DNA from: Vicinamibacterales bacterium
GTDB taxonomy: Bacteria > Acidobacteriota > Vicinamibacteria > Vicinamibacterales > UBA8438
Length of the DNA stretch: 64,000 nt
Assembly: GCA_965221305.1 (NCBI GenBank)
Contig: OZ244881.1
Coordinates: 3,542,091 to 3,606,090, forward strand
Direction of reading: 5' to 3'
The notes beneath the pieces were generated by a model, which had not been told where the DNA came from, searched no databases, and worked only from the letters and a program-made list of their open reading frames with translations. The first letter of the stretch is position 1, and each line of letters begins with the position of its first letter. This document shows, one piece after another, positions 45,592-54,710 of the stretch. The position numbers were made by a program, and so were the translations under genes.

Positions 45592-46800
45592 ATGAGCAGT
45601 TCTGCGCCGCCGCGGGTCGAGTCTCTGCGGGTCAAGAACTACCGCGCCTTGCGCAGCGTCACCCTGGATCGCCTGACGCCGCTCACGGCACTGCTCGGCC
45701 CCAACGGCAGCGGGAAGTCCACCGTCTTCGATGTTTTCGCATTTCTCTCGGAATGCCTATCCGACGGCATCCGCAAAGCCTGGGATCGCCGTGGCCGCTT
45801 CCTGGAGCTGCGCAGCCGCGACAGCACCGGCCCGATCGTCATCGAGCTGAAGTACCGCGAGCGAAGCGAGCATCCGAAGTCGCCGCTGATCACATACCAC
45901 TTGGAGATCGACGAAGAGCGGGGCCGGCCCGTCGTGTCTCACGAGTTCCTGCGCTGGCCCCGAACCGGCGGGTCCGGCAGGCCGTTCAACTTCCTGGACT
46001 ACCGGCGCGGGGACGGCGAAGTGGTCACCGGGGAGACTCCCGAGAAGGACGACAAGCGGGTTCCCCGCCCACTGTCCGGCCCGGACGTGCTGGCGGTCAG
46101 CACGCTCGGCACCCTCGCGGAGAACCCTCGCGTGATCGCGTTGCGCACGTTCATCACGGACTGGCATCTCTCCTACCTCTCGGCCGACGATACCCGCGGC
46201 AACCCCGAGGCAGGAGCCGAGGAACGCCTGTCCCCCAACGGCGACAACCTCCCGAACGTCATCCAATACCTGCGCGAGCAGCATACCGACCGCCTGGATC
46301 GGATCTTCGAGGCCATGCGGCGGCGGGTCCCGCGGATCGAACGGGTCGAGGCCGAGACGCTTGCCGACAGCCGCCTGCTGCTGCGTATCAAGGACGCGCC
46401 CTTTGCGCAACCGGTGCTGTCGCGCTTCGCCTCAGACGGCACCTTGAAGCTGCTGGCCTACCTGACGATCCTCCACGACCCCGCGCCGCCCGGGCTGATC
46501 GGCATCGAAGAGCCCGAGAACTTCCTGCACCCGCGCCTGCTGCCCGAGCTCGCCGAAGAGTGCCTGGAGGCGGCCGAGCGCGGGCAGCTCATCGTCACCA
46601 CGCACTCGCCGTACTTCATCGACGGATTACGGCCCGAGGACGTGCGCGTGCTCTCTCGCGGTCACGACGGTTACACGCAGGCCTATCGCGTCTCGAAGAT
46701 GCCGGGGATCAAGGCGTTCATGGATCAAGGGGCGAAGCTCGGCGAGCTCTGGATGGAGGGGCACTTCGAGCATGGCGACCCCCTCGCCGAGTCGGACTGA
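45592..46800 (+). CDS. ABC-type (AAA_15/21-like, OLD/RecF-like) ATPase
   Basis: The sequence begins [14 protein letters not shown]... Walker A is GPNGSGKS. A signature-like segment is [13 protein letters not shown]. Walker B/D-loop is [14 protein letters not shown]-loop is IVTTHSP. About 402 aa. Local GC is lower at the 5' flank. Confidence 0.8.
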   Translation: MSSSAPPRVESLRVKNYRALRSVTLDRLTPLTALLGPNGSGKSTVFDVFAFLSECLSDGIRKAWDRRGRFLELRSRDSTGPIVIELKYRERSEHPKSPLITYHLEIDEERGRPVVSHEFLRWPRTGGSGRPFNFLDYRRGDGEVVTGETPEKDDKRVPRPLSGPDVLAVSTLGTLAENPRVIALRTFITDWHLSYLSADDTRGNPEAGAEERLSPNGDNLPNVIQYLREQHTDRLDRIFEAMRRRVPRIERVEAETLADSRLLLRIKDAPFAQPVLSRFASDGTLKLLAYLTILHDPAPPGLIGIEEPENFLHPRLLPELAEECLEAAERGQLIVTTHSPYFIDGLRPEDVRVLSRGHDGYTQAYRVSKMPGIKAFMDQGAKLGELWMEGHFEHGDPLAESD

Positions 46801-47408
46801 TGCCCCGCCTGGACGTGCTGGTCGAAGAGCCGTCGGCCGAGGCCGCACTACGCCATCTGCTGCCGAAGCTGGTGCCCGACACCGTGCGCTGGAAGATCGT
46901 GAACTTCAGAAGCAAGTCGAGGCTTCTGAAGGAGCTCGCCGCGCGCCTTCGTGCCTACCGGGTCCGTGTGGAGCGAGGCGAGGACGTCCGGGTCATCGTG
47001 CTCGTGGATCGCGATGATGACGACTGCCGGGAGCTGAAGCGCCGGCTGGACACCGCTGCGGCGCAGGCACCATTGTCGTCGCGATCCCGCCCGGATCCGG
47101 GCGGAGGCTTCCGTGTAGTCAACCGCGTCGTCGTGGAAGAGCTGGAGTCGTGGTTCCTGGGCGACCCGGCGGCGCTTCGCGAGGCATTTCCCAGCCTTCC
47201 GCCCGCCAAACCGGCCTCCGGCCCGTTCCGCAGCCCGGACCGAGGCGACTGGAAGGCGCTCCACCGTTATTTGAGAAAGCACGGCGTCTACCGAAAGCGG
47301 TATCTGAAGATCGACGCGGCCTTGAGAATCGCGCCGAAAATGGACGTGGACGCGAATCGCTCGCCCAGCTTCCGCCAGTTCCGCACCGGCCTCGCGGGGC
47401 TGGTGTAA
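46800..47408 (+). CDS. DUF4276 family (Toprim-like) protein
   Basis: The start overlaps the ATPase stop by 1 nt (TGATG). The N-terminal LDVLVEEPSAEAAL supplies a conserved Glu, and VIVLVDRDDDDC supplies a DxD-type acidic cluster. Together these give a Toprim-like pattern. The DUF4276 assignment is from memory of this gene pair. Confidence 0.7.
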   Translation: MPRLDVLVEEPSAEAALRHLLPKLVPDTVRWKIVNFRSKSRLLKELAARLRAYRVRVERGEDVRVIVLVDRDDDDCRELKRRLDTAAAQAPLSSRSRPDPGGGFRVVNRVVVEELESWFLGDPAALREAFPSLPPAKPASGPFRSPDRGDWKALHRYLRKHGVYRKRYLKIDAALRIAPKMDVDANRSPSFRQFRTGLAGLV

Positions 47409-47596
47409 GGGGAGGCCATGGTTCCTGGCTTTGATTCGGTCGCTCTCGCGAATCGTGCGACGGGTCCATGCCCGCGGGCCGGTGATGGGCTCCCGGATCA
47501 TGCGGGGCGCGGGGCTCCAGGCCCCGCCGAGCACCCTGCCCGGGTCATGAAGGAGGTCGGCGCTGGCGGCCCGCCGGCATCTTTTATCGGCCCCGA

Positions 47597-48358
47597 TCAC
47601 GGCGCGCGGGAGTGCTCGCGGAAGAAGGCGGCGATCCGCTCGCTGGTGCCGCGCGGGTAGACGTGGGCGCCGGGGTGGATCCAGGTCATGACCGGCGCCG
47701 CCGTGCCCGCTCCGTACACCGTGCAGCCGGCGCCGCAGCCGGTCGCCGCATCGACGCCGTTCACGTCGACGGCGACGGCTATCGCGGCTTCCTGATCGGA
47801 GAAGCGGACCACCCGGTCGCGCTCCCCGGCCACGTGGAAGACGGGGCGGGGCTCGGTGGGCCGTACCGAGGGGCGGAGGCGGGCCGCCACCGGGGCGTAG
47901 GCGGCGAACACGCCGGGCCGCTCCGCCCAGAGGAGGTAGGTGAACATCCCGCCGTTCGAGTACCCCGTCGCATAGATGCGGTCGTCTTCGATGTCGTACG
48001 TCTCGCGCAGCGACGCCAAGGCGGCGTCGACGAGCGCGAGGTCGGGGTTGCCGACGCCGGGCTCCACCTGCCAGCCGGGGAGGCCGCGGCGTGTCGGAAG
48101 CCCCTGGAAGTACACGACGACCGCCTCGGGCCACGCCGCGTGCAGGTTCGTGTACTGGAAGTTCTGCGCGTTGTCGCCGAACCCGTGGAAGGACAGGACC
48201 AGCGGAGACCCTTCCGGCCGTGGTGCGGCGGGCGCGTGGACGATGGCTTCGCGCGTCCGGCCGTCGACCTGCCATCGCACCACCTGCGCGGCGGCGTCCC
48301 GGACGCCGGGAACGAGCAACAGGCCGACCAGTGCCGCGTGCGTCAGGCGAGTTCTCAT
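47597..48358 (-). CDS. Secreted alpha/beta hydrolase (PHB depolymerase / esterase LpqC-like)
   Basis: Signal peptide is present, along with LVLSFHGFGDN and GYSNGGMF (GxSxG nucleophile elbow). Confidence 0.75.
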   Translation of the reverse strand: MRTRLTHAALVGLLLVPGVRDAAAQVVRWQVDGRTREAIVHAPAAPRPEGSPLVLSFHGFGDNAQNFQYTNLHAAWPEAVVVYFQGLPTRRGLPGWQVEPGVGNPDLALVDAALASLRETYDIEDDRIYATGYSNGGMFTYLLWAERPGVFAAYAPVAARLRPSVRPTEPRPVFHVAGERDRVVRFSDQEAAIAVAVDVNGVDAATGCGAGCTVYGAGTAAPVMTWIHPGAHVYPRGTSERIAAFFREHSRAP

Positions 48359-48494
48359 CCGCTGCCTCCACGTTCTCGTTCACCGGCCACCGTGTCCGCC
48401 GGGCCGCTTCCGGCGGTCCGGATCCGGCTGCCGGCGCCGCGGGAGGTGGCGCACTGCTGCGGCCGAAATGCAGGCCCCCTCCACCGCGCGCGAC

Positions 48495-49799
48495 TCACAC
48501 CCCGATGCCGAGCACGCTGAACAGCAGCCACGACACCAAGCCCCCCACGACGGTCATCGACAGGCCCCACGCCATCAGCTTGTTGAACAGGTCGCGCGTG
48601 TCCACGCTGGGGTGGGCGGCGGCCATGCACAGGGCGCCGAGGGTCGACAGCGGCGAGACGTCGACGAGGTGTCCGCCCACGTTCATCGCCGAGGCGAGGG
48701 CGATGGGCTCGACCGAAAGCCGCTGCCCGAGTTCGGCCACGGTGGGGAGGAATGCGGGCAGCACGACCCCCGAGGTGCTGCTGTAGATCGAGATGAACCC
48801 GGTCGACGCGGCCATGATGAACGTGGGGGCGATGGCCGCGGGGCGCTCGATGAGGTCGGTGAACAGGTCGAGCCCGCCGGTCCGGCCGAGCACCTCGATG
48901 AGCACGGTCACCCCGCACACCATCATGATGACCCGCCACGGCATGATCTTCACCGCCTCGATCTCGTCGCCGGCCTTGAGCAGGCTCAGCAGCACCGCGC
49001 CCGCGAACGCCCCGAGCCCGACATCGACGTCGAAGAAGATGACGCTCACGATGAGGGTCGCGATGACGGCCAGGGTCACGAGATGCGTCCGCGAGAACGT
49101 GACGGAGCCGGCGCCGTCGCCGCCCTCGCTCCCGTCGCTCGACGGCACGTCCACCGCGCCCTCGTGGTGGCGGCCGAGCAGCTTCAGCCCGCCGAAGGCG
49201 AAGTAGGCGGTGAACACCACGACGGTGTGCGCCAGCATGTTGTTCAGGTAGTTGTAGAGCTCGTAGCCGCCCATCCCGAACTGCTCCATCACGCCGTTGA
49301 CGATGACGCCGGTCGGTGCGATGGGCGAGAGCGACCCCGCGTTGGCGCCCATGCCCGTCATGATCGCCATCAGGAACGCCGGCACCCCCACCTGTCCCGC
49401 CACCGCCATCGACATGGGGGCGATGATCGCGGTCGAGGCGATGTTGCCGGGCCCGATCGACGCGAGGAGGAACGCCAGGAGGAAGAACATCATCGGCATG
49501 ACGCCGACGTTGCCGCGGGCGTAGCTGACGGCGCGGTGGGCGATCCGGTCGAGGGTGCCGTTGAGCTGGGCCATCGAGAACAGCAAGGTGACACCGGCCA
49601 GGGTCAGGAAGAGCCGCGCCGGGAAGCCCGCCATCACCTCGCGCGCGCTCATCCCGGCGGCGTAGACGCCGACGAGCCAGGCCAGCGAGATGGCCAGGAA
49701 GCCGACGTGCAGCCGGATGGTGCAGCTGACGACGATGGCCACCGCGAGGGCGCCGAGGGAGATGGCCGCCACCGGGTCTACCGAGCTGAACAGGTCCAT
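48495..49799 (-). CDS. Anion permease of the ArsB/NhaD-SLC13 superfamily (dicarboxylate carrier MatC-like)
   Basis: 434 aa, about 12 TM. Repeated GPGNIAST / SSTSGV hairpin-like motifs are present. Confidence 0.7.
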   Translation of the reverse strand: MDLFSSVDPVAAISLGALAVAIVVSCTIRLHVGFLAISLAWLVGVYAAGMSAREVMAGFPARLFLTLAGVTLLFSMAQLNGTLDRIAHRAVSYARGNVGVMPMMFFLLAFLLASIGPGNIASTAIIAPMSMAVAGQVGVPAFLMAIMTGMGANAGSLSPIAPTGVIVNGVMEQFGMGGYELYNYLNNMLAHTVVVFTAYFAFGGLKLLGRHHEGAVDVPSSDGSEGGDGAGSVTFSRTHLVTLAVIATLIVSVIFFDVDVGLGAFAGAVLLSLLKAGDEIEAVKIMPWRVIMMVCGVTVLIEVLGRTGGLDLFTDLIERPAAIAPTFIMAASTGFISIYSSTSGVVLPAFLPTVAELGQRLSVEPIALASAMNVGGHLVDVSPLSTLGALCMAAAHPSVDTRDLFNKLMAWGLSMTVVGGLVSWLLFSVLGIGV

Positions 49800-49881
49800 G
49801 GCGGGCGATCATATCGCGGATGCCGGCGCGCCCCAGGGTTGACCCGGTGCGTCGGCCGCGCCATCCTCTGACCGCCGGCCG

Positions 49882-50331
49882 ATGTTCTTCTATCTCGTCC
49901 ATCACGGAGACGCGCTCGGGCCCGAGGTCGACCCCCGGCGGCCGTTGTCGTCGCGCGGGCGCGGGCAGGCCGACGCCCTCGCCGCCCAGGCCGCAGCGCG
50001 CGGGGTGCGCCCCGCCGCCGTCTGGCACAGCGGCAAGCTGCGGGCCCGGCAGACGGCCGAGGCGTACTGGCGCGCCTGCAACCCGCTGGCCGAGTTCACG
50101 GCCACCCGGTGGGCGCAGCCTGGCGACCCGCCGCGGCTCGCCGACCTGCTCGAGGTCGAGAGTCGTGACGTGATGCTGGTCGGCCACATGCCGCACGTCG
50201 ACCGGCTGCTGCGCCGGCTGCTGGGCGAGGACGCGGGCCTGTCGCCGTTCCCGGTCAACGGGCTCGTGGCGGTCGAGCGGATGGACGAGGCGTGGGTCGA
50301 GCGCTGGCGGCTCGCCGCCCCGCCGCCGTGA
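49882..50331 (+). CDS. Phosphohistidine phosphatase SixA-like (histidine phosphatase superfamily)
   Basis: MFFYLVHHGDA (RHG-like HHG motif) and MLVGHMPH are present. 149 aa. Confidence 0.7.
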   Translation: MFFYLVHHGDALGPEVDPRRPLSSRGRGQADALAAQAAARGVRPAAVWHSGKLRARQTAEAYWRACNPLAEFTATRWAQPGDPPRLADLLEVESRDVMLVGHMPHVDRLLRRLLGEDAGLSPFPVNGLVAVERMDEAWVERWRLAAPPP

Positions 50332-50417
50332 GCTGGCGCGGATCGCCGTTCGCCGCGCCGCCGCGGTGAGCTGGCGCGGATCGCCGTCTCGCCGCCGTGA
50401 GCTGGCGCGGATCGCCG
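50328..50417 (+). repeat. Triplicated 21-nt box including the SixA-like gene stop codon
   Basis: gtgagctggcgcggatcgccg occurs at ~50328, ~50366 and ~50397 (periods 38 and 31). The first copy contains the gene's TGA. Confidence 0.85.
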
Positions 50418-50535
50418 CCTCGGGGCCTCGCCATCGAGTCGGCGGGCCGCGGCTGCCGCGGCTTGGCGCGCTCGGGCCAGCCCTGGGACCGGCTTCCCGG
50501 GCAGGGTTGACGGGGCGCGTCGTCGAGGCGGGCCG

Positions 50536-52068
50536 TCAGGCGGGCGGCCGAGGACCGTGTTCGGGGCGGCCCGTCATGTCGGCCGCGGGCCCTTGGTGCA
50601 GCCGGTCGAGGTGCTCCTGCAGCAGCTCCCACGCCCGGCGGACGTGGCGTTCCTCGGTGCGGATGTGCCCGACGGCGAGCCGAAGGGCGAAGCGGTCGTC
50701 GAGCCGCGTGTGCGACAGGAATACCTCGCCGGTGGCGTTCACGGCGTCGAGCAGCCGGGCGTTCAGATCGTCGAGACCGCCGGCCGGCTCGGCCGGATTC
50801 GCGCGGAAGCAAACCACCGAGAACGGGACGGGGGCGAGCCGCTCGAAGCGGCCGTCGGCGTCGATCCACTCCGCGAAGAGCCGGGCGAGCCGCATGTGCT
50901 CGGCGAGGCGCCGGCGGATGCCGTCGGCGCCGAAGTAGCGCATCACCATCCAGAGCTTCAGGGCGCGGAAGCGGCGTCCGAGCTGCACGCCGGTGTCCAT
51001 GAGGTTGCGGACCGCCCCCGGTTCGCGGCTCTGCAGGTAGTCGGGGGTCAGGGCGAAGGCCTCCTCGAGCCGGTCCATGCGCCGGCAGTAGAGGGCGCTC
51101 AGGTCGAAGGGGATGAACAGCCACTTGTGGGGGTTGACGACCAGCGAGTCGGCGCGGTCGCACCCCGCCAGCGTCTCCTCGTGGCCGGGCACCATGGCCG
51201 CCGCGCCCGCGTAGGCGGCGTCGACGTGCAGCCACAGCTTCTCGCGGGCGCAGACGTCGGCGATGGCCGGCACCGGGTCGACGCTGGTGACCGCCGTCGT
51301 GCCCACCGTCGCCACCACTGCCAGCGGGGTGACCCCGTTCCGCCGGTCTTCCTCGATGGCCGCGGTCAGCGCGTCGGGCCGCATGCGGAAGCGCTCGTCG
51401 GTGGGGATGCGCCGGAGCCCGTCGTGTCCCAGCCCCAGGGTCATCACGGCTTTGTCGACCGACGAGTGGGCGTGCTCGGAGCAGTAGATGCGCGGCGCCG
51501 GGAGGTCGGGGCGGCCGGCAAGGCCGCGCCCGCGCACGTCGGGCACCGCCTGCCGGGCCGCGGCGAGCGCGTGCAGGGTCGAGATCGAGGCGGTGTCGTA
51601 GATGACTCCCTCGAAGCCGTCGGGCAGCCCGAGCAGGCGCCGCAGCCAGCCCAGGGCCACCTCTTCGAGCTCGGTCACCGCCGGCGAGGTGCGCCACAGC
51701 ATGCCCTGGGCATTGAAGGCGGCGCTCAGGAAGTCGGCGAGGATGCCGGGGCCGCTGGCGCTGATCGCGAAGTAGGCGAAGAAACCGGGGTGGTTCCAGT
51801 GGGTCAGACCGGGGACGAGAATGCGCTCGACGTCGTCGCGGATGGCGCTCCACGGCTCGCCGGCGTCGGGCGCGGCCGGGGGCAGGGCGTCGCGGACCTC
51901 GCCCGGCTTCACCCGCGACAGCACGGGGTAGTGTTCGGCCTCTTCGAGGTACCGGGCGATCCAGTCGACCAGCTCGTGGCCGGCCTGCCGGAACCCCGCC
52001 GCGTCGATGTCGCCGAGATGGGGCGATGACGGAGGTGGCGGCAGACCGCCGGGGGAGTGTGCGGACAT
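50536..52068 (-). CDS. Pyridoxal-dependent (group II) aromatic-L-amino-acid/tyrosine decarboxylase
   Basis: Internal ATG (MSAHSPGG..) of track ORF 50536..53148. Motifs HWNHPGFFAYF, SEHAHSSVDKA, HVDAAYAG and SLVVNPHKWL (PLP Lys) are present. Confidence 0.85.
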   Translation of the reverse strand: MSAHSPGGLPPPPSSPHLGDIDAAGFRQAGHELVDWIARYLEEAEHYPVLSRVKPGEVRDALPPAAPDAGEPWSAIRDDVERILVPGLTHWNHPGFFAYFAISASGPGILADFLSAAFNAQGMLWRTSPAVTELEEVALGWLRRLLGLPDGFEGVIYDTASISTLHALAAARQAVPDVRGRGLAGRPDLPAPRIYCSEHAHSSVDKAVMTLGLGHDGLRRIPTDERFRMRPDALTAAIEEDRRNGVTPLAVVATVGTTAVTSVDPVPAIADVCAREKLWLHVDAAYAGAAAMVPGHEETLAGCDRADSLVVNPHKWLFIPFDLSALYCRRMDRLEEAFALTPDYLQSREPGAVRNLMDTGVQLGRRFRALKLWMVMRYFGADGIRRRLAEHMRLARLFAEWIDADGRFERLAPVPFSVVCFRANPAEPAGGLDDLNARLLDAVNATGEVFLSHTRLDDRFALRLAVGHIRTEERHVRRAWELLQEHLDRLHQGPAADMTGRPEHGPRPPA

Positions 52069-52320
52069 CGGGCCTTGGTATGCGAGGACCGAAAATTGTA
52101 GCATCAGGTTCCGGAGACGCCGGGAGGCGGGACCGGGGGCGGTGGACGCCCCGGGTCGGCGGCCTTGTCCGGCCATGTCGGCGCCCGCCGAGAGCCCGAG
52201 CGGACCCGCGTTGCGCTGTGCCCGAAGGGCGCCCAAGGGGCGGCAGCGATCGGGACGCAGGGCGGGTTCGCAGGCTGCGGATTCTCGCGGCTCCCGGACG
52301 CGGACGCACGGAGGAATCTG

Positions 52321-52791
52321 GTGGCAGAAGCAGCGGTAGTACACACGAGCCGGCTGCGGATCGAGCGTATCGGCGGTCCGCTGCGGCACGCGTATCTCGA
52401 GGGTTTCGACGAGCCGATCCGGTTCGGTGTCCACGGGGGCATCAAGGCGTTCTACGGCGTCGAACCTCCGGAGGACGTGCCGGCCACCCTGGACTACATG
52501 GTCGGCGCCGTCGGCGGTTGACTGCTCGGCACCCTTGCACGCGCACTGGAGGTGCGCGACATCCCGGCGCCGACGGAGAAGCTGCAGGCCAGCGTCGAGG
52601 GCGACATCCAGGCCATCGACAACGTGCTGCGCATCACGACGATCCGCGTGCGGTACCGCATCCGCGTTCCCTCCGGCGCCCTCGAGCGGGCCCGGCGGGC
52701 GGTCGACACCCACGCGACGAAGTGCCCCGCCGCCAACAGCGTGCGCGGTTGCATCGACCTCGACATCGACGCCGACATCACGGAGGAGTGA
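52321..52791 (+). CDS. OsmC/Ohr-family peroxiredoxin-like protein with in-frame UGA (candidate selenocysteine) at 52519-52521
   Basis: GTG start 5 nt after GGAGGA. Track ORFs 52165..52521 and 52552..52791 are in the same frame, separated only by one TGA. Read-through gives ..LDYMVGAVGG-U-LLGTLARAL.., where OsmC proteins carry the first conserved Cys. The second Cys motif (ATKCPAANS) is intact. A SECIS-like hairpin follows. Confidence 0.6.
52540..52558 (+). promoter_or_regulatory. Candidate bacterial SECIS hairpin for the OsmC-like gene
   Basis: A 7-bp stem CGCGCAC/GTGCGCG with loop TGGAG. The loop starts 25 nt after the UGA. Confidence 0.45.
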
Positions 52792-52854
52792 GCCCCCCGG
52801 GTGACCGTCGATGCCGACATCACGGAGGAGTGAGCCCCCCGGGTGACCGTCGAT
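52771..52854 (+). repeat. Perfect 42-bp tandem duplication including the OsmC-like gene's last codons and stop
   Basis: gccgacatcacggaggagtgagccccccgggtgaccgtcgat occurs twice. Confidence 0.9.
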
Positions 52855-52955
52855 CGGCATGCTTCCGGTGCGTCTCGGCATCGCGGCGGCGCGGCGACCG
52901 GGCGCTGCGGCTGGGTCGGAGAGGGTCGAGCGATGTTCGGGTGCTACCGGTGAAG

Positions 52956-53030
52956 TGCCGGTGCGGCGGCTCCGGAGTCGACGGTGCGACCCAATGCCGG
53001 TGCGGCGGCTCCGGAGTCGACGGTGCGACC
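52956..53030 (+). repeat. 35-nt direct repeat x2 (period 39) upstream of the DUF255 gene
   Basis: tgccggtgcggcggctccggagtcgacggtgcgacc occurs twice. Confidence 0.9.
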
Positions 53031-53056
53031 TTGGTGGCGGCGGCCCATACAGCGTG

Positions 53057-54661
53057 ATGCCTGCGGCCGAATCGATCGCCTGGCTCGGCTGGGGAGCCGA
53101 CGCCTTCGCGCGCGCAACCGCGGAACGGAAGCCGGTGCTGCTGTTCATCGGCGCCGCGTGGTGCCGGTGGACGGCGGAGATGGAGCGGTTCAGCTACCGC
53201 GACCCGAGGGTCGTGCGTCTCGTGGCCGACCGCTTCCTGCCGGTGCGGGTCGACGCCGAGCGACGGCCCGATGTCAGCGCCCGCTACGCCCTCGACGGCT
53301 GGCCGACCACTGCGTTCCTCACCCCTGACGGCGACCTGCTGGGAGGCGGCACGTATCTCGACGCGGACGCCCTGGCGACGGTGCTGGCCGACGTGGCCGA
53401 AGCGTTCGCCGAGCGGCGCGCCGACATAGAGGGCCGCGCGGCTGCGGCCCGCGGCGCCGTGCCCGGGCGGTCCGGTTCCGGGGGGGGTGTGGACCCCGAC
53501 GAAGAGGGGGCGGGCGGCGGCGGAACCGGTTTCGGGCCGGAGTCGGCTCGCGCCGGCGCCGCCGCGACCGCCCGCCCGCCGGCCGGTGGCGTCGGGCTGG
53601 ACGATGGCGCGGGGCCGTGGCTCCATGATCTGCTCCTGGCGCGCTTCGACGCGACCTCGGCCGGCTTCGGCGACGGGCTCAAGCGGGTCGAGGCCGACGC
53701 CCTCGCCGCCGCCCTCGTGCTGTGCCGCGAGCACGACGGTCGCGACCTGACCCGCGTCGTTACCCGCACCCTCGACGCGATGGCCGCCGGCGGCCTGTGG
53801 GACCCCATCGACGGCGGCTTCTTCCGTTACTGCGCGGGTCGCGACTGGTCGGACCCGGCGCCGGAGAAGCTGCTCGCGCCGAACGCACGCCTCCTCGACC
53901 TCTACCTGACCGCGTCGACGCTCTTCGAGCGCGAGGACTACGCGGAGAGAGCGCGAGCGCTCGTCCGCTTCGCGCACGGGACGCTGGCCGACCCCGAGGG
54001 CGGATTCTTCGCCAGCCAGCGCGGGGAGCCCGACCCGGACCACCCCGGGCGCTCTCCGGCGCCGGGGGCCGGAGCCGTCGACCGGACCGTCTACACCGAT
54101 GCCACCGCGGTCATGGCCTCCGCCTACGTGCACGGCGCGTCGGTGCTCGACGACGACTCGTTGCTGGAGTTCGCGGCCGAATCGGTCGACCGAGTGGTGA
54201 TGGCCACCTACGAGCGCGGCCGCGGTGTCGGGCATGCGGCGACCGACGGATCGAGCCCCCGCGGCCTCCTCGCCGACCAGGTGCTGGCCAGCGCCGCCCT
54301 CCTCGATCTCTACGAGGCGACGGGCCAGCCCGTCTATCTCGACATGCCCCGCGAGCTGATGGCCTACTGCCGGCACGCCCTGTGGGACGAGACCGGCGGC
54401 TTCGCCGACCGGGACCCGAGGCTGCAAGGGCCCGATGCTCCGGTCGGTCTGCTGCGCGACCCCGTCTACCCGCTCGACCTCAACTGCCGCGCCGCGATGG
54501 TTCTGGCCCGCCTCGCCGACCTCGCGGAAGAGCCCGGTCATCTCGACCTCGCCCGCTGCGCGCTCATGCGCCGGACGCCGACGTACCGCGAGCTGGGGTT
54601 GGATGGCGCCGCCTATGTCGTTGCGTTCCACGCGCTGTCGCGCACGTCGACCCTGCCGTGA
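53057..54661 (+). CDS. Thioredoxin-domain protein, DUF255/YyaL (SPATA20-like) family
   Basis: Internal ATG. The thioredoxin-like N-terminal segment is KPVLLFIGAAWCRWTAEMERFSYRDPRVV..WPTTAFLTPDG. The remainder looks like an (alpha/alpha)6-barrel. Confidence 0.75.
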   Translation: MPAAESIAWLGWGADAFARATAERKPVLLFIGAAWCRWTAEMERFSYRDPRVVRLVADRFLPVRVDAERRPDVSARYALDGWPTTAFLTPDGDLLGGGTYLDADALATVLADVAEAFAERRADIEGRAAAARGAVPGRSGSGGGVDPDEEGAGGGGTGFGPESARAGAAATARPPAGGVGLDDGAGPWLHDLLLARFDATSAGFGDGLKRVEADALAAALVLCREHDGRDLTRVVTRTLDAMAAGGLWDPIDGGFFRYCAGRDWSDPAPEKLLAPNARLLDLYLTASTLFEREDYAERARALVRFAHGTLADPEGGFFASQRGEPDPDHPGRSPAPGAGAVDRTVYTDATAVMASAYVHGASVLDDDSLLEFAAESVDRVVMATYERGRGVGHAATDGSSPRGLLADQVLASAALLDLYEATGQPVYLDMPRELMAYCRHALWDETGGFADRDPRLQGPDAPVGLLRDPVYPLDLNCRAAMVLARLADLAEEPGHLDLARCALMRRTPTYRELGLDGAAYVVAFHALSRTSTLP

Positions 54662-54710
54662 CCGACTGACCGGCCGACCGGCCAGGAAAGAGCTCGTCGA
54701 TCGCCGGGCC

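Noticed and set aside
26100-47600. I looked for an integrase, transposase, brxD/brxHI, brxA/B/C/L or cas genes around the BREX cassette, the ATPase/DUF4276 pair and the CRISPR-like array.
   Set aside because: No ORF in the window shows tyrosine or serine recombinase, DDE transposase, Lon-like, helicase or Cas motifs that I can recognise. I therefore make no mobile-element or cas call.
52165-52521. Treating the OsmC-like gene as a simple nonsense pseudogene, or as two separate small genes.
   Set aside because: This is not fully excluded. However, the TGA sits at the conserved Cys column, the downstream part is intact and in frame with the second Cys retained, a SECIS-like hairpin follows, and a second CxxU gene is nearby. 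I therefore report it as a Sec candidate with the pseudogene reading as the stated alternative.
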